A stretch of DNA of 64,000 nt, taken from assembly GCA_023408075.1 (NCBI GenBank), contig JAEYKW010000046.1, forward strand, positions 1-64,000. The letters are read 5' to 3'. This DNA is from Bacillota bacterium (GTDB lineage: Bacteria > Bacillota > Clostridia > Christensenellales > SZUA-584). A model generated the notes under the pieces. It ran no database searches and was not told the DNA's origin. It worked only from the letters and a program-made list of their open reading frames with translations. Numbering within the stretch: position 1 is the stretch's first letter; each line of letters opens with the position of its first letter. Below, one piece after another: positions 19,562 through 29,081 of this stretch. The position numbers and the translations under genes are program-made.

Positions 19562-19874
19562 TACTATATTCGACATTTATATACAAAGTTTAGCATCAAG
19601 CGCTTCTGGTTTTTGCATGTATCACCATGAACGCATTATATATTGGAAAAAATGCAGAATGGGTTGTGTTATAATATGCATAGAAATATGAGGGCTCTAG
19701 CCAAGTCACAATTCCGACTGTGCGGAATAAATACGAGATCAAACCGCAAAACTCATCATTGAAAAAATGAAAATCTTCGACCGGTTTTACAGAGGAAATA
19801 TTCGACTAACGACGGCGCATGTGGGAGCGTGGTATCGATGTTAAGAGTATAATTTCAATTCAGAGGGGATATAT

Positions 19875-20567
19875 ATGCGATTTCTTAAGACTGTTGTTTT
19901 GATAGCGCTGATCACCATCCTCTTGACAGGCTGTATTTTCGAGACATATTACAGTCGTGAATACGGCCATTTATCAAAATACGTATTGCGGGATGGCCAA
20001 ATCACAATCGATAAAAACACGTATATGTTATGCAATTGGAATTACCCGAAATATCCGTCGTCCAATGCTGGAGATGAAGTTTTCTCTCGGATAGACGATC
20101 AGGATCAGGAGATGAGATATAATGGCATACTATATGAGCTTCATCAATTTTCCGATCGGTCATTTTTAATATATGTATATGAGGCGGATGCAGGTAGCGG
20201 CTGGGGTGGCTGCCGCGTCTTGCGTCGTAGCGATATAGACATGCCAGAGTTAACATACGAAAATGTCGATTCCCTTGAATCAGAAAACTTTGCTTGGAAA
20301 AGTCAGGATGAAGCTTTCATATATGAGTTGTTCGGTGCAATGAGTGATGAAGCGAATAATATAGAAAATGATGATATTATTCGTGAAAGTGAATATTACG
20401 ACACAATCACATACCGCAATGATGACTGGCCTGATTTTTGTTTTCAGATTACCATAAGGTATGTTAAAGATGAGTATTTTGTATGGAGCGTGTTTTTGGG
20501 TGAAGGCAGCGCGTGGATAACCATGCCGCACAATTTGATTGAAAAGATTAAAGTGAAAAGCGAATAA
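19875..20567 (+). CDS. Hypothetical lipoprotein
   Basis: Lipobox LLTGC, low-GC region, no recognisable domain. Confidence 0.45.
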   Translation: MRFLKTVVLIALITILLTGCIFETYYSREYGHLSKYVLRDGQITIDKNTYMLCNWNYPKYPSSNAGDEVFSRIDDQDQEMRYNGILYELHQFSDRSFLIYVYEADAGSGWGGCRVLRRSDIDMPELTYENVDSLESENFAWKSQDEAFIYELFGAMSDEANNIENDDIIRESEYYDTITYRNDDWPDFCFQITIRYVKDEYFVWSVFLGEGSAWITMPHNLIEKIKVKSE

Positions 20568-20651
20568 ATAGAGTTGCTCCGCTTCGTTCCGAAAGTGATA
20601 TATTTATGTAAATAAGTCTAAACTATAACTTTTTTTTTGACGGAGGAAAGC

Positions 20652-20795
20652 ATGAAACAAATACAATTTTCAATTGAAATAAATGCCTCTAAAGAAAAGG
20701 TCTGGGCAACTCTTTGGGACGATAAGTCATTTCGTGACTGGGCTAATATTATTGATGAAGGCACATATATGAAGGGCGTGTTGTGCGTGAAATGA
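20652..20795 (+). pseudogene. Truncated SRPBCC (AHSA1/Bet v1-like) domain gene fragment (47 codons)
   Basis: MKQIQFSIEINASKEKVWATLWDDKSFRDWANII... is the typical N-terminus of about 140-aa SRPBCC proteins but stops after 47 aa. GGAGGAAAG RBS. Confidence 0.3.
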
Positions 20796-20924
20796 TATCT
20801 TGATAATCTGGGTGTCAAGGATGCTGGGACTAATGTTTATCGAATCTTATTGCGAAGAATATTAGATTTCAGTGTCCTTGACACTTTCGGTTTGGCATAC
20901 TGGGTGACTGCATGGTTTATGAAA

Positions 20925-21644
20925 TTATTCCTGTTTATACGTGAGATCATATTTCGCATTGCTTTTTTCTCGCACTAAAAAGCTATCATAAGCCTTCCGG
21001 AGCTTTTTGTACTGGGATATGCACGCGACTACCGATACTATGGCTAATCCGATTATGACAACAGAAGTTATGATAATTGCTACCACATTTGAGTGTGTAA
21101 CTGCAATATACAGAAGAGTGCCCATTACCAATATTGCGACGGCTAAAACAGACACGACCTTCTTTGCATAACTGAAATATTGATTGCCGAAATCACAAGG
21201 ATTTGCAATAAAATCAACGTCTGAAACCACATTTGGTTCAGTCGTAAAGACGGGTGACGACCATTCATTCGTTCTTCTATTATACCTTGAATTAGTAAAG
21301 GTCAGGCACACATCTGTGTCCTGCTGCATATCGACAAGCAATTTCGCTCTTAAACGATACGCCTTAATGTTATTATACCAGTCCGAGTCGGTATTCAATA
21401 AAAATACATTGAATACGCCTTGGATAACAATAGTAACGACATGGATAAATATCCATAAAGGCGTTCTGTTGCTCGTTGTGAGTTCCTGTTCGATTATAAT
21501 TTCGTATTGTTTTTTTTCATCGATGTGACAGGAAGCAACCGGAATGGTATCATCGGCGGCACAGCAAAGCGTCTTTGTTTCATTATTTATCCGTATTGAC
21601 AGACAATCATCCGAAGCGATTTTCCCATATATATTAAGTAGCAT
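20925..21644 (-). CDS. Hypothetical membrane protein (2-3 TM helices)
   Basis: ORF only; AT-rich island; hydrophobic segments. No domain recognised. Confidence 0.4.
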   Translation of the reverse strand: MLLNIYGKIASDDCLSIRINNETKTLCCAADDTIPVASCHIDEKKQYEIIIEQELTTSNRTPLWIFIHVVTIVIQGVFNVFLLNTDSDWYNNIKAYRLRAKLLVDMQQDTDVCLTFTNSRYNRRTNEWSSPVFTTEPNVVSDVDFIANPCDFGNQYFSYAKKVVSVLAVAILVMGTLLYIAVTHSNVVAIIITSVVIIGLAIVSVVACISQYKKLRKAYDSFLVREKSNAKYDLTYKQE

Positions 21645-22318
21645 GAATCACCACTTACCCTATTCATATTTGGGTTAGTATTCGTCAATCTCCACTAATT
21701 CATGTATTGATTATTTGAAGGTTTATGTAAACAAGAGAAATTACTTGATGTGCAATGAAATTCCAAGATATTTTCCAATAATATCGGAATAAACCATCCT
21801 CGGGATTAGAATAGTTTTCCGGAGATTCGGATAACTGAGTGTAAACTGAGGAGGAAATCCAAAAAAGAGGGAGGAGAAGAGAATGATTATCAATCAGCTT
21901 GTTGAATTAGAAAATTAAAAATTGAAGGCATTACCTCAGCCAGAAGCGGCTTGAGTAACCCCCGGTCCTTATACTACAAACACAAAAAATCATATTAAAT
22001 CTTTGAAACAGGCGTCTGAGTGGTGTTCTACCATCTGGACACTTTTCGTTCTAAAGATAAGATAATGGAGCTGTGAGTTGAACCCGCATGAAGCAAAAAT
22101 TTTGTCGCTAAACGGAGGAGGATAAAATCATGAGTAAACGGCATTTCATCCGGTGATCCGCAGGCTGTGGAAAAGGTTAATCAAGACACGATATACTGAT
22201 TCACCAACATTTAAGTTGATAAAAATGGGAACTGCGCTTAAAATAGAATTCGAACAGGTGACACAATTAATAATTCTTAAAAATCTTCTTTGTCCTTTTT
22301 AAAATGGGGTAATTTCTT

Positions 22319-23107
22319 ATGAAACTTATACAATTTGCAGAAAAATACGGTCCGTATGCTCTGATTGCCGGAGGCTCCGACGGATTGGGCTACGCTTTTG
22401 CGGCGGGGCTTGCGCGGCGGGGATTGAATCTGGTGCTGATGGCGCGTCAGGAAGACCGGCTCAAAGCGGCGGCGGCCCGGCTAAAAGACACATATCAAAT
22501 CGATGTGATTTCCATCGCTGCGGATATGGCGGATTACGAAAATGTAAAACAATTGATTAGCGCTCTTGAGGTTTCCATTGGCTTGCTTGTTTACAATGCG
22601 GCTTTCGCGCCCATTGGTTTATTCGAAAATACGAGCGAAGAGCATTTGGCGCTTGCCACGGCGGTCAATGTCAAAGCGCCGCTGCTGCTCACAAAGCTTT
22701 TATCCGCGTCGATGATAGAGCAAAAACGCGGCGGCATTGTGCTGATGTCATCTCTTGCCGGGGGGCAGGGCAGCCCGAACATTGCAGCCTATGCAGCCAC
22801 AAAATCATTTAACGCCATTTTAGCCGAAGGCCTTTGGAAAGAATTAAGGCCGCACGGAATTGATGTGATTGTCTGCTGTGCCGGTGCCATTCTCACGCCC
22901 GGCTATCAGCAAGCTGAAAAAGCCAAACAGGCGCCCGGAACGCTGGCAACCCATGAAGTCGCTGAACAAGCCTTGAATGCTTTGGGGAAAGGCCCGATTA
23001 TCATACCCGGGGCCATCAATAAAGTCGGTCGGTTTGTACTGACCAGGCTTTTAAGCCGAAAAGCCGCTATTGCTACGATGTCGAAAAACACCGGAGGTTT
23101 GTCATGA
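22319..23107 (+). CDS. Short-chain dehydrogenase/reductase, 17beta-HSD12/3-ketoacyl-reductase-like subfamily
   Basis: Cofactor motif IAGGSDGLGYAFA (GxxDGIG type) and catalytic YAATK; 262 aa. Confidence 0.8.
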   Translation: MKLIQFAEKYGPYALIAGGSDGLGYAFAAGLARRGLNLVLMARQEDRLKAAAARLKDTYQIDVISIAADMADYENVKQLISALEVSIGLLVYNAAFAPIGLFENTSEEHLALATAVNVKAPLLLTKLLSASMIEQKRGGIVLMSSLAGGQGSPNIAAYAATKSFNAILAEGLWKELRPHGIDVIVCCAGAILTPGYQQAEKAKQAPGTLATHEVAEQALNALGKGPIIIPGAINKVGRFVLTRLLSRKAAIATMSKNTGGLS

Positions 23108-24180
23108 CGTTGTTTTCAGGTTTGATCACCCCGCTCATCGCATACGCAATGATTACTCTTTTACATATCATCATTCCGGTGAAAAGAATGAAGGGATATG
23201 TCAAAAATGAAATCACAGGCGAAGTCATGAATTACAGAACCAACGGAAAATTTGTTCTTTTGGCGAGTATTCTCATTTGGTTTCTGCTTGGTTTTTTTGA
23301 TATCGTGCCATACTTATGGTTGTATGAAACCCGATGGCTGGGCCTTATCGGCGCGGTTGTGATCGGATTGGTCTATTCTTTTTACATTGTTCTCAAACAC
23401 CCGTCTACGGGCAAATCTTTCTTTGCTGATTTTTGGTATGGCAGGGTTAAAGACGCGCAGATTAAAGACGGCTTCATTGATGCAAAAATGTGGTTTTACT
23501 TAATCGGCGCGGTGATGCTTCAATTGAACGTGCTTTCTTTTGCGGCATATCATATCATGAATGTCCCGCATATTAACTATGGTTTTCTTCTCGGCTGCGC
23601 CATGCTCACATGGTTTTGCTTTGATTATCTGATATTTGAAAAGATCCATCTTTGGACATACGATTTTATCGCGGAGCGCGTCGGATTCAAATTGGGGTTT
23701 GGCTGTCTTGCGTTCTACCCATATTTCTATTCTGTCTCACTCTGGTTTACTGCGCATCTTCCGAATCCCGGTCATCCCGTATGGCTGACAATACTCTTTG
23801 GCGCGCTTTTCCTCTGCGGCTGGGTGCTGACGCGCGGCGCAAATATGCAAAAGTACTTCTTTAAAATTGCGCCCGACAAGAAATTTCTTTGGATAAAGCC
23901 TGAAGTGCTCAGCGACGGTCACTTAAGCCTGCTGGCCAATGGCTACTGGGGCGCAAGCCGCCACATCAACTATCTTGGCGAGATTATTCAGGCGATCGCC
24001 GTGGCTCTGGCCTCCGGCTACGCCGGGATATGGATGGTGTGGCTGTATCCGGCTTACTATATCGGTCTTATGATTTCGCGCCAGGCCGATGACGACAAGG
24101 TTTGCAGGGCGAAATACGGAGAGCTTTGGGATGAATACACCAGAAAAGTGAAATACAAGATTATTCCATTTATATATTGA
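23104..24180 (+). CDS. ERG4/ERG24-family (sterol reductase / DUF1295-like) integral membrane reductase
   Basis: 358 aa with about 8 TM helices. C-terminal signature NGYWGASRHINYLGEII...LMISRQADDDKVCRAKYGELWDEYTRKV matches the sterol-reductase family signature and NADPH-binding tail. Overlaps the SDR stop by 4 nt. Confidence 0.7.
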   Translation: MTLFSGLITPLIAYAMITLLHIIIPVKRMKGYVKNEITGEVMNYRTNGKFVLLASILIWFLLGFFDIVPYLWLYETRWLGLIGAVVIGLVYSFYIVLKHPSTGKSFFADFWYGRVKDAQIKDGFIDAKMWFYLIGAVMLQLNVLSFAAYHIMNVPHINYGFLLGCAMLTWFCFDYLIFEKIHLWTYDFIAERVGFKLGFGCLAFYPYFYSVSLWFTAHLPNPGHPVWLTILFGALFLCGWVLTRGANMQKYFFKIAPDKKFLWIKPEVLSDGHLSLLANGYWGASRHINYLGEIIQAIAVALASGYAGIWMVWLYPAYYIGLMISRQADDDKVCRAKYGELWDEYTRKVKYKIIPFIY

Positions 24181-24267
24181 GTGCGGGTGGGATAATAACT
24201 GCAGTCGGAGCATAATAAATTAAAACGTTACAAGGTCTATTTCGGTAAAACAAGGAGGCAGGATATC

Positions 24268-24510
24268 ATGGACGAAGAAAAGAAAAAAGAAGAGTATAAG
24301 GTGAGCGGCGAAGACCTGATGGCAAAGATCAAAGCCATCATTCGGGAAGGCAACGCGAGAAAGGTGACGATTAAGGATAAGGATGATAAGGAGATACTCA
24401 GCTTTCCGCTGACCGTCGGCGTGGTGGGTATCGCATTAGCTCCTGTTTTTGCAGCCATTGCAACGATCACGGCGTTGGTTACAGAATGTACAATTGTCGT
24501 TGAACGGTAA
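24268..24510 (+). CDS. DUF4342-like small protein
   Basis: 80 aa, strong RBS AAGGAGG. The KVTIKDKDDKEILSFPLTVGVVGI pattern is typical of DUF4342. Confidence 0.5.
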   Translation: MDEEKKKEEYKVSGEDLMAKIKAIIREGNARKVTIKDKDDKEILSFPLTVGVVGIALAPVFAAIATITALVTECTIVVER

Positions 24511-24544
24511 AAATATCTTCGCAAATCTATATTCATCAACTTTT

Positions 24545-24800
24545 GAGGAATAGGTCGGCTAAGGCTTTCAAGGGAAGTATTGGCTGCCAACCCGAAAGGA
24601 ACTGTTTGGCAGCGCCGAGAGTGGAGCTTAAGGAAAAAGGTCAGGAGTGCTGAGCAAACGTACTGGATGGCGTGAAGGAAACCGCTCTGTTTATTCCGCT
24701 GAACCGCCGTATGAGGGACTGTATGAACGGCGGTGTGAGAGGACGGAGTTAGACACCCATCCCCCTCAATTTCGGTCAGGGTGGTTGGGTTCTTGCAAGT
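24545..24800. ncRNA. Candidate structured RNA element (unclassified) in convergent intergenic region
   Basis: No ORF of 60 aa or more on either strand. Several stable hairpins (GGCTGCCAAacccgaaaggaactgTTTGGCAGC; ACCGCCGttcatacagtccctcatacGGCGGT). I could not assign a known family. Confidence 0.2.
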
Positions 24801-24804
24801 AAAA

Positions 24805-25635
24805 TCATTGCCATGAAATTTGCAAGGGTTCTCGGTCTACCAGTCTCTTGAAAGAATAGACTGGATACCCGGCAAGCAGCGCGCCTGTAACGATTTTGTT
24901 TTTGGAGAGCTTTAATAGCTTAAGCAGTGGCTCGTACTCAGTTGCGGCGCAATACTCGAACAAGCCGGACCAGCAAGTGCCAAGCCCCAACGCTGGAGCA
25001 TAGAGCTGGGCATATGCGAGTGCGAAATGTGTGTTGTCCCGGCCGAGAGCGAAACGGTCCTTATCCGCTGTGGCGATGACTAGGCAGGGCGCATCCCTCA
25101 GAATAGTGTCCTTGCCATTTTTGAGGTAACGGCGGATCGTATTGGAGGTGTTTTTTGACCATGGAGATTTCCCTAAAGCTCCGTGCTTTAAATCTTCCTC
25201 TGCCCAATCCGCTATCACCGCTGCAATCTCTTTTAAAGTAGCCGGATCATCAATAACATGGTAAGAGACTCCTTGTGAATTGCAGGCCGTTGGCGCGAAG
25301 CGGGCAATATCGAGGAGTTCACGGATGATCTCGCGCGGCACATGCTTCTTTTTAAAAGAACGGACGGACCGCCGTGATCGAAGAAAACGAGCCGCCGTAT
25401 CGGCATCCGGTACCGATACGTTTTCAAGCAAGACCTGTTTTTCAAGCGGAGCCAGCTTGTGATCTAATGAGCCGTTTGGACAAACGGCTACGCAATGCCC
25501 GCAGACAATGCAGAGATTATTGACAACCTCCGGACCTTGTTCTCCCAGACCAAGAGTACCCCTGCAGACATTTACGCAAAGTCCGCACTTTGTGCATTTA
25601 TCCTGATTCACCTGAATTAAGTTCTCTGATGTCAT
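24805..25635 (-). CDS. Nitroreductase-family protein with N-terminal 2x[4Fe-4S] ferredoxin domain
   Basis: CTKCGLCVNVC and CIVCGHCVAVCP motifs, then a nitroreductase fold (RRSVRSF, FAPTACNSQ). Confidence 0.8.
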   Translation of the reverse strand: MTSENLIQVNQDKCTKCGLCVNVCRGTLGLGEQGPEVVNNLCIVCGHCVAVCPNGSLDHKLAPLEKQVLLENVSVPDADTAARFLRSRRSVRSFKKKHVPREIIRELLDIARFAPTACNSQGVSYHVIDDPATLKEIAAVIADWAEEDLKHGALGKSPWSKNTSNTIRRYLKNGKDTILRDAPCLVIATADKDRFALGRDNTHFALAYAQLYAPALGLGTCWSGLFEYCAATEYEPLLKLLKLSKNKIVTGALLAGYPVYSFKRLVDREPLQISWQ

Positions 25636-25638
25636 TTT

Positions 25639-26346
25639 TCACTCACCGGCCAACACAATATTCAGGGTTTTGATTTTTCCGTTTTTAAGATTAAAAATAA
25701 AATTGAGCGGAATCGGGCTGCCTTCGAAATTACCCGAAAGCGTGGCGGTGACAACGCTATTGCCGTTTTTTTCCACATAGTCGGTGATTTCGGTCATGAC
25801 CTTTGCGTCCCGGTTCGCCTCAAGGATGTGCCGGCTGATGGCCTCCGGGCCATGATATTCGTTTCCTTCGTCATACAATAGGGCATCTTCTGTAAAGCAA
25901 CCAGCAAGCAGTACACCGTCGTAGACATCAGATGCATGGTAATAGGCGGCGATTGGCGCTGGCAGCGGTACAGCCTTGCTGTTGGAGGAAAGAACATTGC
26001 GCAGGCGTGTGACTTTATCCTGCTCTATCGTAAAGTGAAAATCAAGATAAAGAGGGTCGGGTAGATCACTCTTGTCGTAGTCTCCGTCTGATTTTGCAGT
26101 GACGACAATCTCTGTGGCATCCCGAACGGCATTTGTGATTTCCAGCCTCAAATGGACGCCGAAATAGTCGCGGTCGCTCCATTCTTTGATGGCGGTTTTC
26201 CCGTGATATTCTTTCCCCGCGTCTATAACGACGGCGGTATCGGCAAAAATTGAGAGGAAGGTAACGGGATCGTCCGTATTTATTGCCTGAAAATGTGCCT
26301 CAATCGGTTTAAGTAATGGAAATTTAATGTTTATCATTATATTCAT
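25639..26346 (-). CDS. Tandem NTF2-like/SnoaL-like domain protein
   Basis: Two repeats of about 110 aa with the SnoaL-like pattern. Lies in the operon between the nitroreductase and SDR genes. Confidence 0.45.
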   Translation of the reverse strand: MNIMINIKFPLLKPIEAHFQAINTDDPVTFLSIFADTAVVIDAGKEYHGKTAIKEWSDRDYFGVHLRLEITNAVRDATEIVVTAKSDGDYDKSDLPDPLYLDFHFTIEQDKVTRLRNVLSSNSKAVPLPAPIAAYYHASDVYDGVLLAGCFTEDALLYDEGNEYHGPEAISRHILEANRDAKVMTEITDYVEKNGNSVVTATLSGNFEGSPIPLNFIFNLKNGKIKTLNIVLAGE

Positions 26347-26352
26347 TCTCCT

Positions 26353-27159
26353 TTAAATTGTGCGGACAATGCCGCCGTCAATTGTATGCTCGGCTCCGAC
26401 AATGTAAGAAGCGCGATCGGACACCAGAAAAGCGATGAGTTCCGCTATTTCTTCCGGACGTGCGGTGCGGCCAATCGGGATACCGCCCAGAGAATCCATC
26501 AAAGCCTGCCGGGCATCACTATAGCCGCATCCCCGCTCCTGTGACATCCGCTCGATAAGTCTCTCAGCGGCTTTGGTTTCCGTGAATCCGGGCGCAACGC
26601 TGTTCACGCGGATACCCTTGGGTGCGAGCTCCGTTGCCAGCGCTTTGCTGTAATTTGTAAGCGCAGCCTTGGCTGCTGAATATGCCATGGTATTTTCTCC
26701 CGGGAATCGGCGTTGAATCGAGGTAACATGAACAATCACGCCACGGCCTTGCTCGAGCATCGAAGGCAGTAGACCTCGATCCAGACGGACAGCGGCGAAT
26801 AAATTGGTCTCAAATGTCCGCTGCCAGTCGGCGTCGGTTTGTTTCAGTACGCCACCTGTTGGGGTAGAAGAGCCTCCCACGTTGTTGACGAGAATATCTA
26901 CGCCGCCAAAGCGTTTTAGCAGATACTCCACAACTTTTGTAGTGCCCTCAGGTGTGCTGATATCGGCTTGGATAAATAAATCCGAATTGTTTATTTCGCC
27001 CGGCGCGTGCCGTGCTGTCGTGATGACTGTTGCTCCGGAATGTGCAAGCCGCTTGACCGTCGCCTCGCCTATTCCGCCCCCAGTGCCGCCGGTTACAAGC
27101 ACACGCTGACCTTCCAGTTCCTTGGGATTGATCATGATATGGTTGAAATCTTCCATGAA
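26353..27159 (-). CDS. SDR-family oxidoreductase
   Basis: VLVTGGTGGIGEA, NNVG and YSAAK motifs. Start chosen at MEDFNH after an AAGGAGG RBS. Confidence 0.8.
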   Translation of the reverse strand, partial: FMEDFNHIMINPKELEGQRVLVTGGTGGGIGEATVKRLAHSGATVITTARHAPGEINNSDLFIQADISTPEGTTKVVEYLLKRFGGVDILVNNVGGSSTPTGGVLKQTDADWQRTFETNLFAAVRLDRGLLPSMLEQGRGVIVHVTSIQRRFPGENTMAYSAAKAALTNYSKALATELAPKGIRVNSVAPGFTETKAAERLIERMSQERGCGYSDARQALMDSLGGIPIGRTARPEEIAELIAFLVSDRASYIVGAEHTIDGGIVRTI

Positions 27160-27230
27160 TAGAACCTCCTTTTTCGTATTAGGTTGTTTGCATGTTCCAA
27201 TCATATCAATCATAACCTGACAACACCGGG

Positions 27231-28145
27231 TCAAGTTCTATTTTTATATTTGTTTACCATGTCATTTAATTCGTGCCGGAGCGCGTCGCGTATTTTCTGA
27301 GGGGATAACACCTCTGCATCAGCGCCGAACGAGAGGAGATAGCGGATCAGCCATTTGCTGTCTGGCAAAGAGGCAGTGACGGTGAAAGAACCGTCCTGAT
27401 GTTTAAAAATGCTGTTTTCCTCAAATTCATCGTATACTCGGTATGCACCTTCGGCGCGAATCTTCAGGCATAAATCGACCCGGTTCTGCGTTTCTTGTGC
27501 CTGTCCGCTTCCCGGTAATTCTGACGATTCTCTTTCTGAGAAAGACTCCGATGTCATCAGGATATCCGACATTCGTATGATTTTGAAGATTCTAAATGTA
27601 TTTCTGGCCAAACAGAACGCTTTCAGGTACCAGGCGTTTACCTTGAAGACGAGCTTAACTGGTTCAACTCTCCGGATGCTTTTTTCACCGGATGAGCTAA
27701 AATAATTGAACTCAATAATCCGGCGGCTTAAAATGGCGTCTTTTAAAATGGTAAAATGGCCCATCCTGCTTTCGTCGCTGCCCCAGGGGCTGAAATCCAC
27801 CTCAAGCCAACCGGTTTTGTTTTTATTGAACAAACTGCTCAATTTGGCAAGCACTTGATCCATCTGAGGAGCTTTAGTGACCGACAGGCTTTGCAATGCG
27901 TATAGGATTTCGTTTTGTTCTCTTTCCGAAAGGATGGATTTATCAAGCACGTAATCGTCCAGCAGAGAGATGCCTCCGCCCTTACCTTGGGTTGCATAAA
28001 TCGGCACGCCTGCCGAAGACAGGGTTTCGATATCTCGATAAATGGTTCTTTCAGATACTTCAAAACGCGCTGCCAGCTCTTTGGCGGTTGTGGTTTTTTT
28101 ACGAAGCAAGATATAGATTGTTTCAAACAGCCTGTTAATTTGCAT
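27231..28145 (-). CDS. WYL-domain transcriptional regulator (HTH_11 + WYL)
   Basis: AKELAARFEVSERTIYRDIETLSSAGVPI plus a WYL domain. First gene of the minus-strand operon. Confidence 0.8.
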   Translation of the reverse strand: MQINRLFETIYILLRKKTTTAKELAARFEVSERTIYRDIETLSSAGVPIYATQGKGGGISLLDDYVLDKSILSEREQNEILYALQSLSVTKAPQMDQVLAKLSSLFNKNKTGWLEVDFSPWGSDESRMGHFTILKDAILSRRIIEFNYFSSSGEKSIRRVEPVKLVFKVNAWYLKAFCLARNTFRIFKIIRMSDILMTSESFSERESSELPGSGQAQETQNRVDLCLKIRAEGAYRVYDEFEENSIFKHQDGSFTVTASLPDSKWLIRYLLSFGADAEVLSPQKIRDALRHELNDMVNKYKNRT

Positions 28146-28567
28146 ATCATCACCCCAAATTCATTATAAAGCAAATAACCTGATACTAATATGTCAAGTT
28201 ATGCGTCAATGAACCAAATGTGTTATGCCATTTTATGGGTAAATATTTGACGGTGGAGAATGATTGAATTGCCTTGTTGATTTTTGATTTATTCATCAAC
28301 ATCCACCGTCACGCCGGACTTGAACTCCACGGTGAATTTGTCCTCGTATACGGTGACTTTTTCAATTTACCGCAGACAAGCGGCTCGTGTATTCGACCTA
28401 GGCGGTGGGGGACTCACAGTTATATGATCGTAATGGGTCTCTTTTTGGACATTATAATAAACATGACAGTATGCCGTCATATTAGAAATGTTATTATAGA
28501 TTGTCGGAATCAAAAGGTGCGGAGAAAGTCCACCGAGCACTAAAAAGTAACTGGGAGATGAAGTCAT

Positions 28568-28894
28568 TTGAAAGACATGAATTTTAGCAAGATTATTGAA
28601 CGTTCCCTTGCCATAAGAGAAAGTTATCGTAAATTGGAAGAGCAGTATCACGGTGAAAAGTGGTCGGTCGGAGAAGATGCCCTTGCCTTTCTAACAGATG
28701 CCGGTCTGGTTGGCCGTTTAACAATGTCCCAACAAGGGCGTTGGCCCAAAGGAAACGGTACAGAAGCTGAATTGAAGCATAAGCTTAGCGAATGTATTTG
28801 GTGGCTGATTGTTTTGGCCGAGCGTATGGAGATCAATATTGAAGAGGCAGTGGAGGTTTTTTTGTCTAAGCTCGAAAAACAGATGCAAGGCTGA
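28568..28894 (+). CDS. MazG-like nucleotide pyrophosphohydrolase (YpjD-like small form)
   Basis: 108 aa with the EExGExxWxLxxLAxxxxIxxEEA pattern. Confidence 0.55.
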   Translation: MKDMNFSKIIERSLAIRESYRKLEEQYHGEKWSVGEDALAFLTDAGLVGRLTMSQQGRWPKGNGTEAELKHKLSECIWWLIVLAERMEINIEEAVEVFLSKLEKQMQG

Positions 28895-29017
28895 ATCGTT
28901 AGAGATACGAATATTTATAGCTGAATAACAAAATTATGCATTCTGCAATCATAATCCTGTAGAGTGGCTTTTTTTTATTATTCATCCACCGGCAAAAAAT
29001 GATATATTATTATTCTC

Positions 29018-29046
29018 TTGACAAATTCGTACTACGTATGTAGTAT
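29018..29046 (+). promoter_or_regulatory. blaI promoter (TTGACA-17-TAGTAT) overlapped by a BlaI/CopY-type operator palindrome
   Basis: TACTACgtatGTAGTA (29030-29045) lies between and over the -35/-10 elements; it is related to TACAnnTGTA cop/bla boxes. Confidence 0.45.
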
Positions 29047-29081
29047 TCAAATTACAGAGGTAAACAAAGGAGATATTAGCT

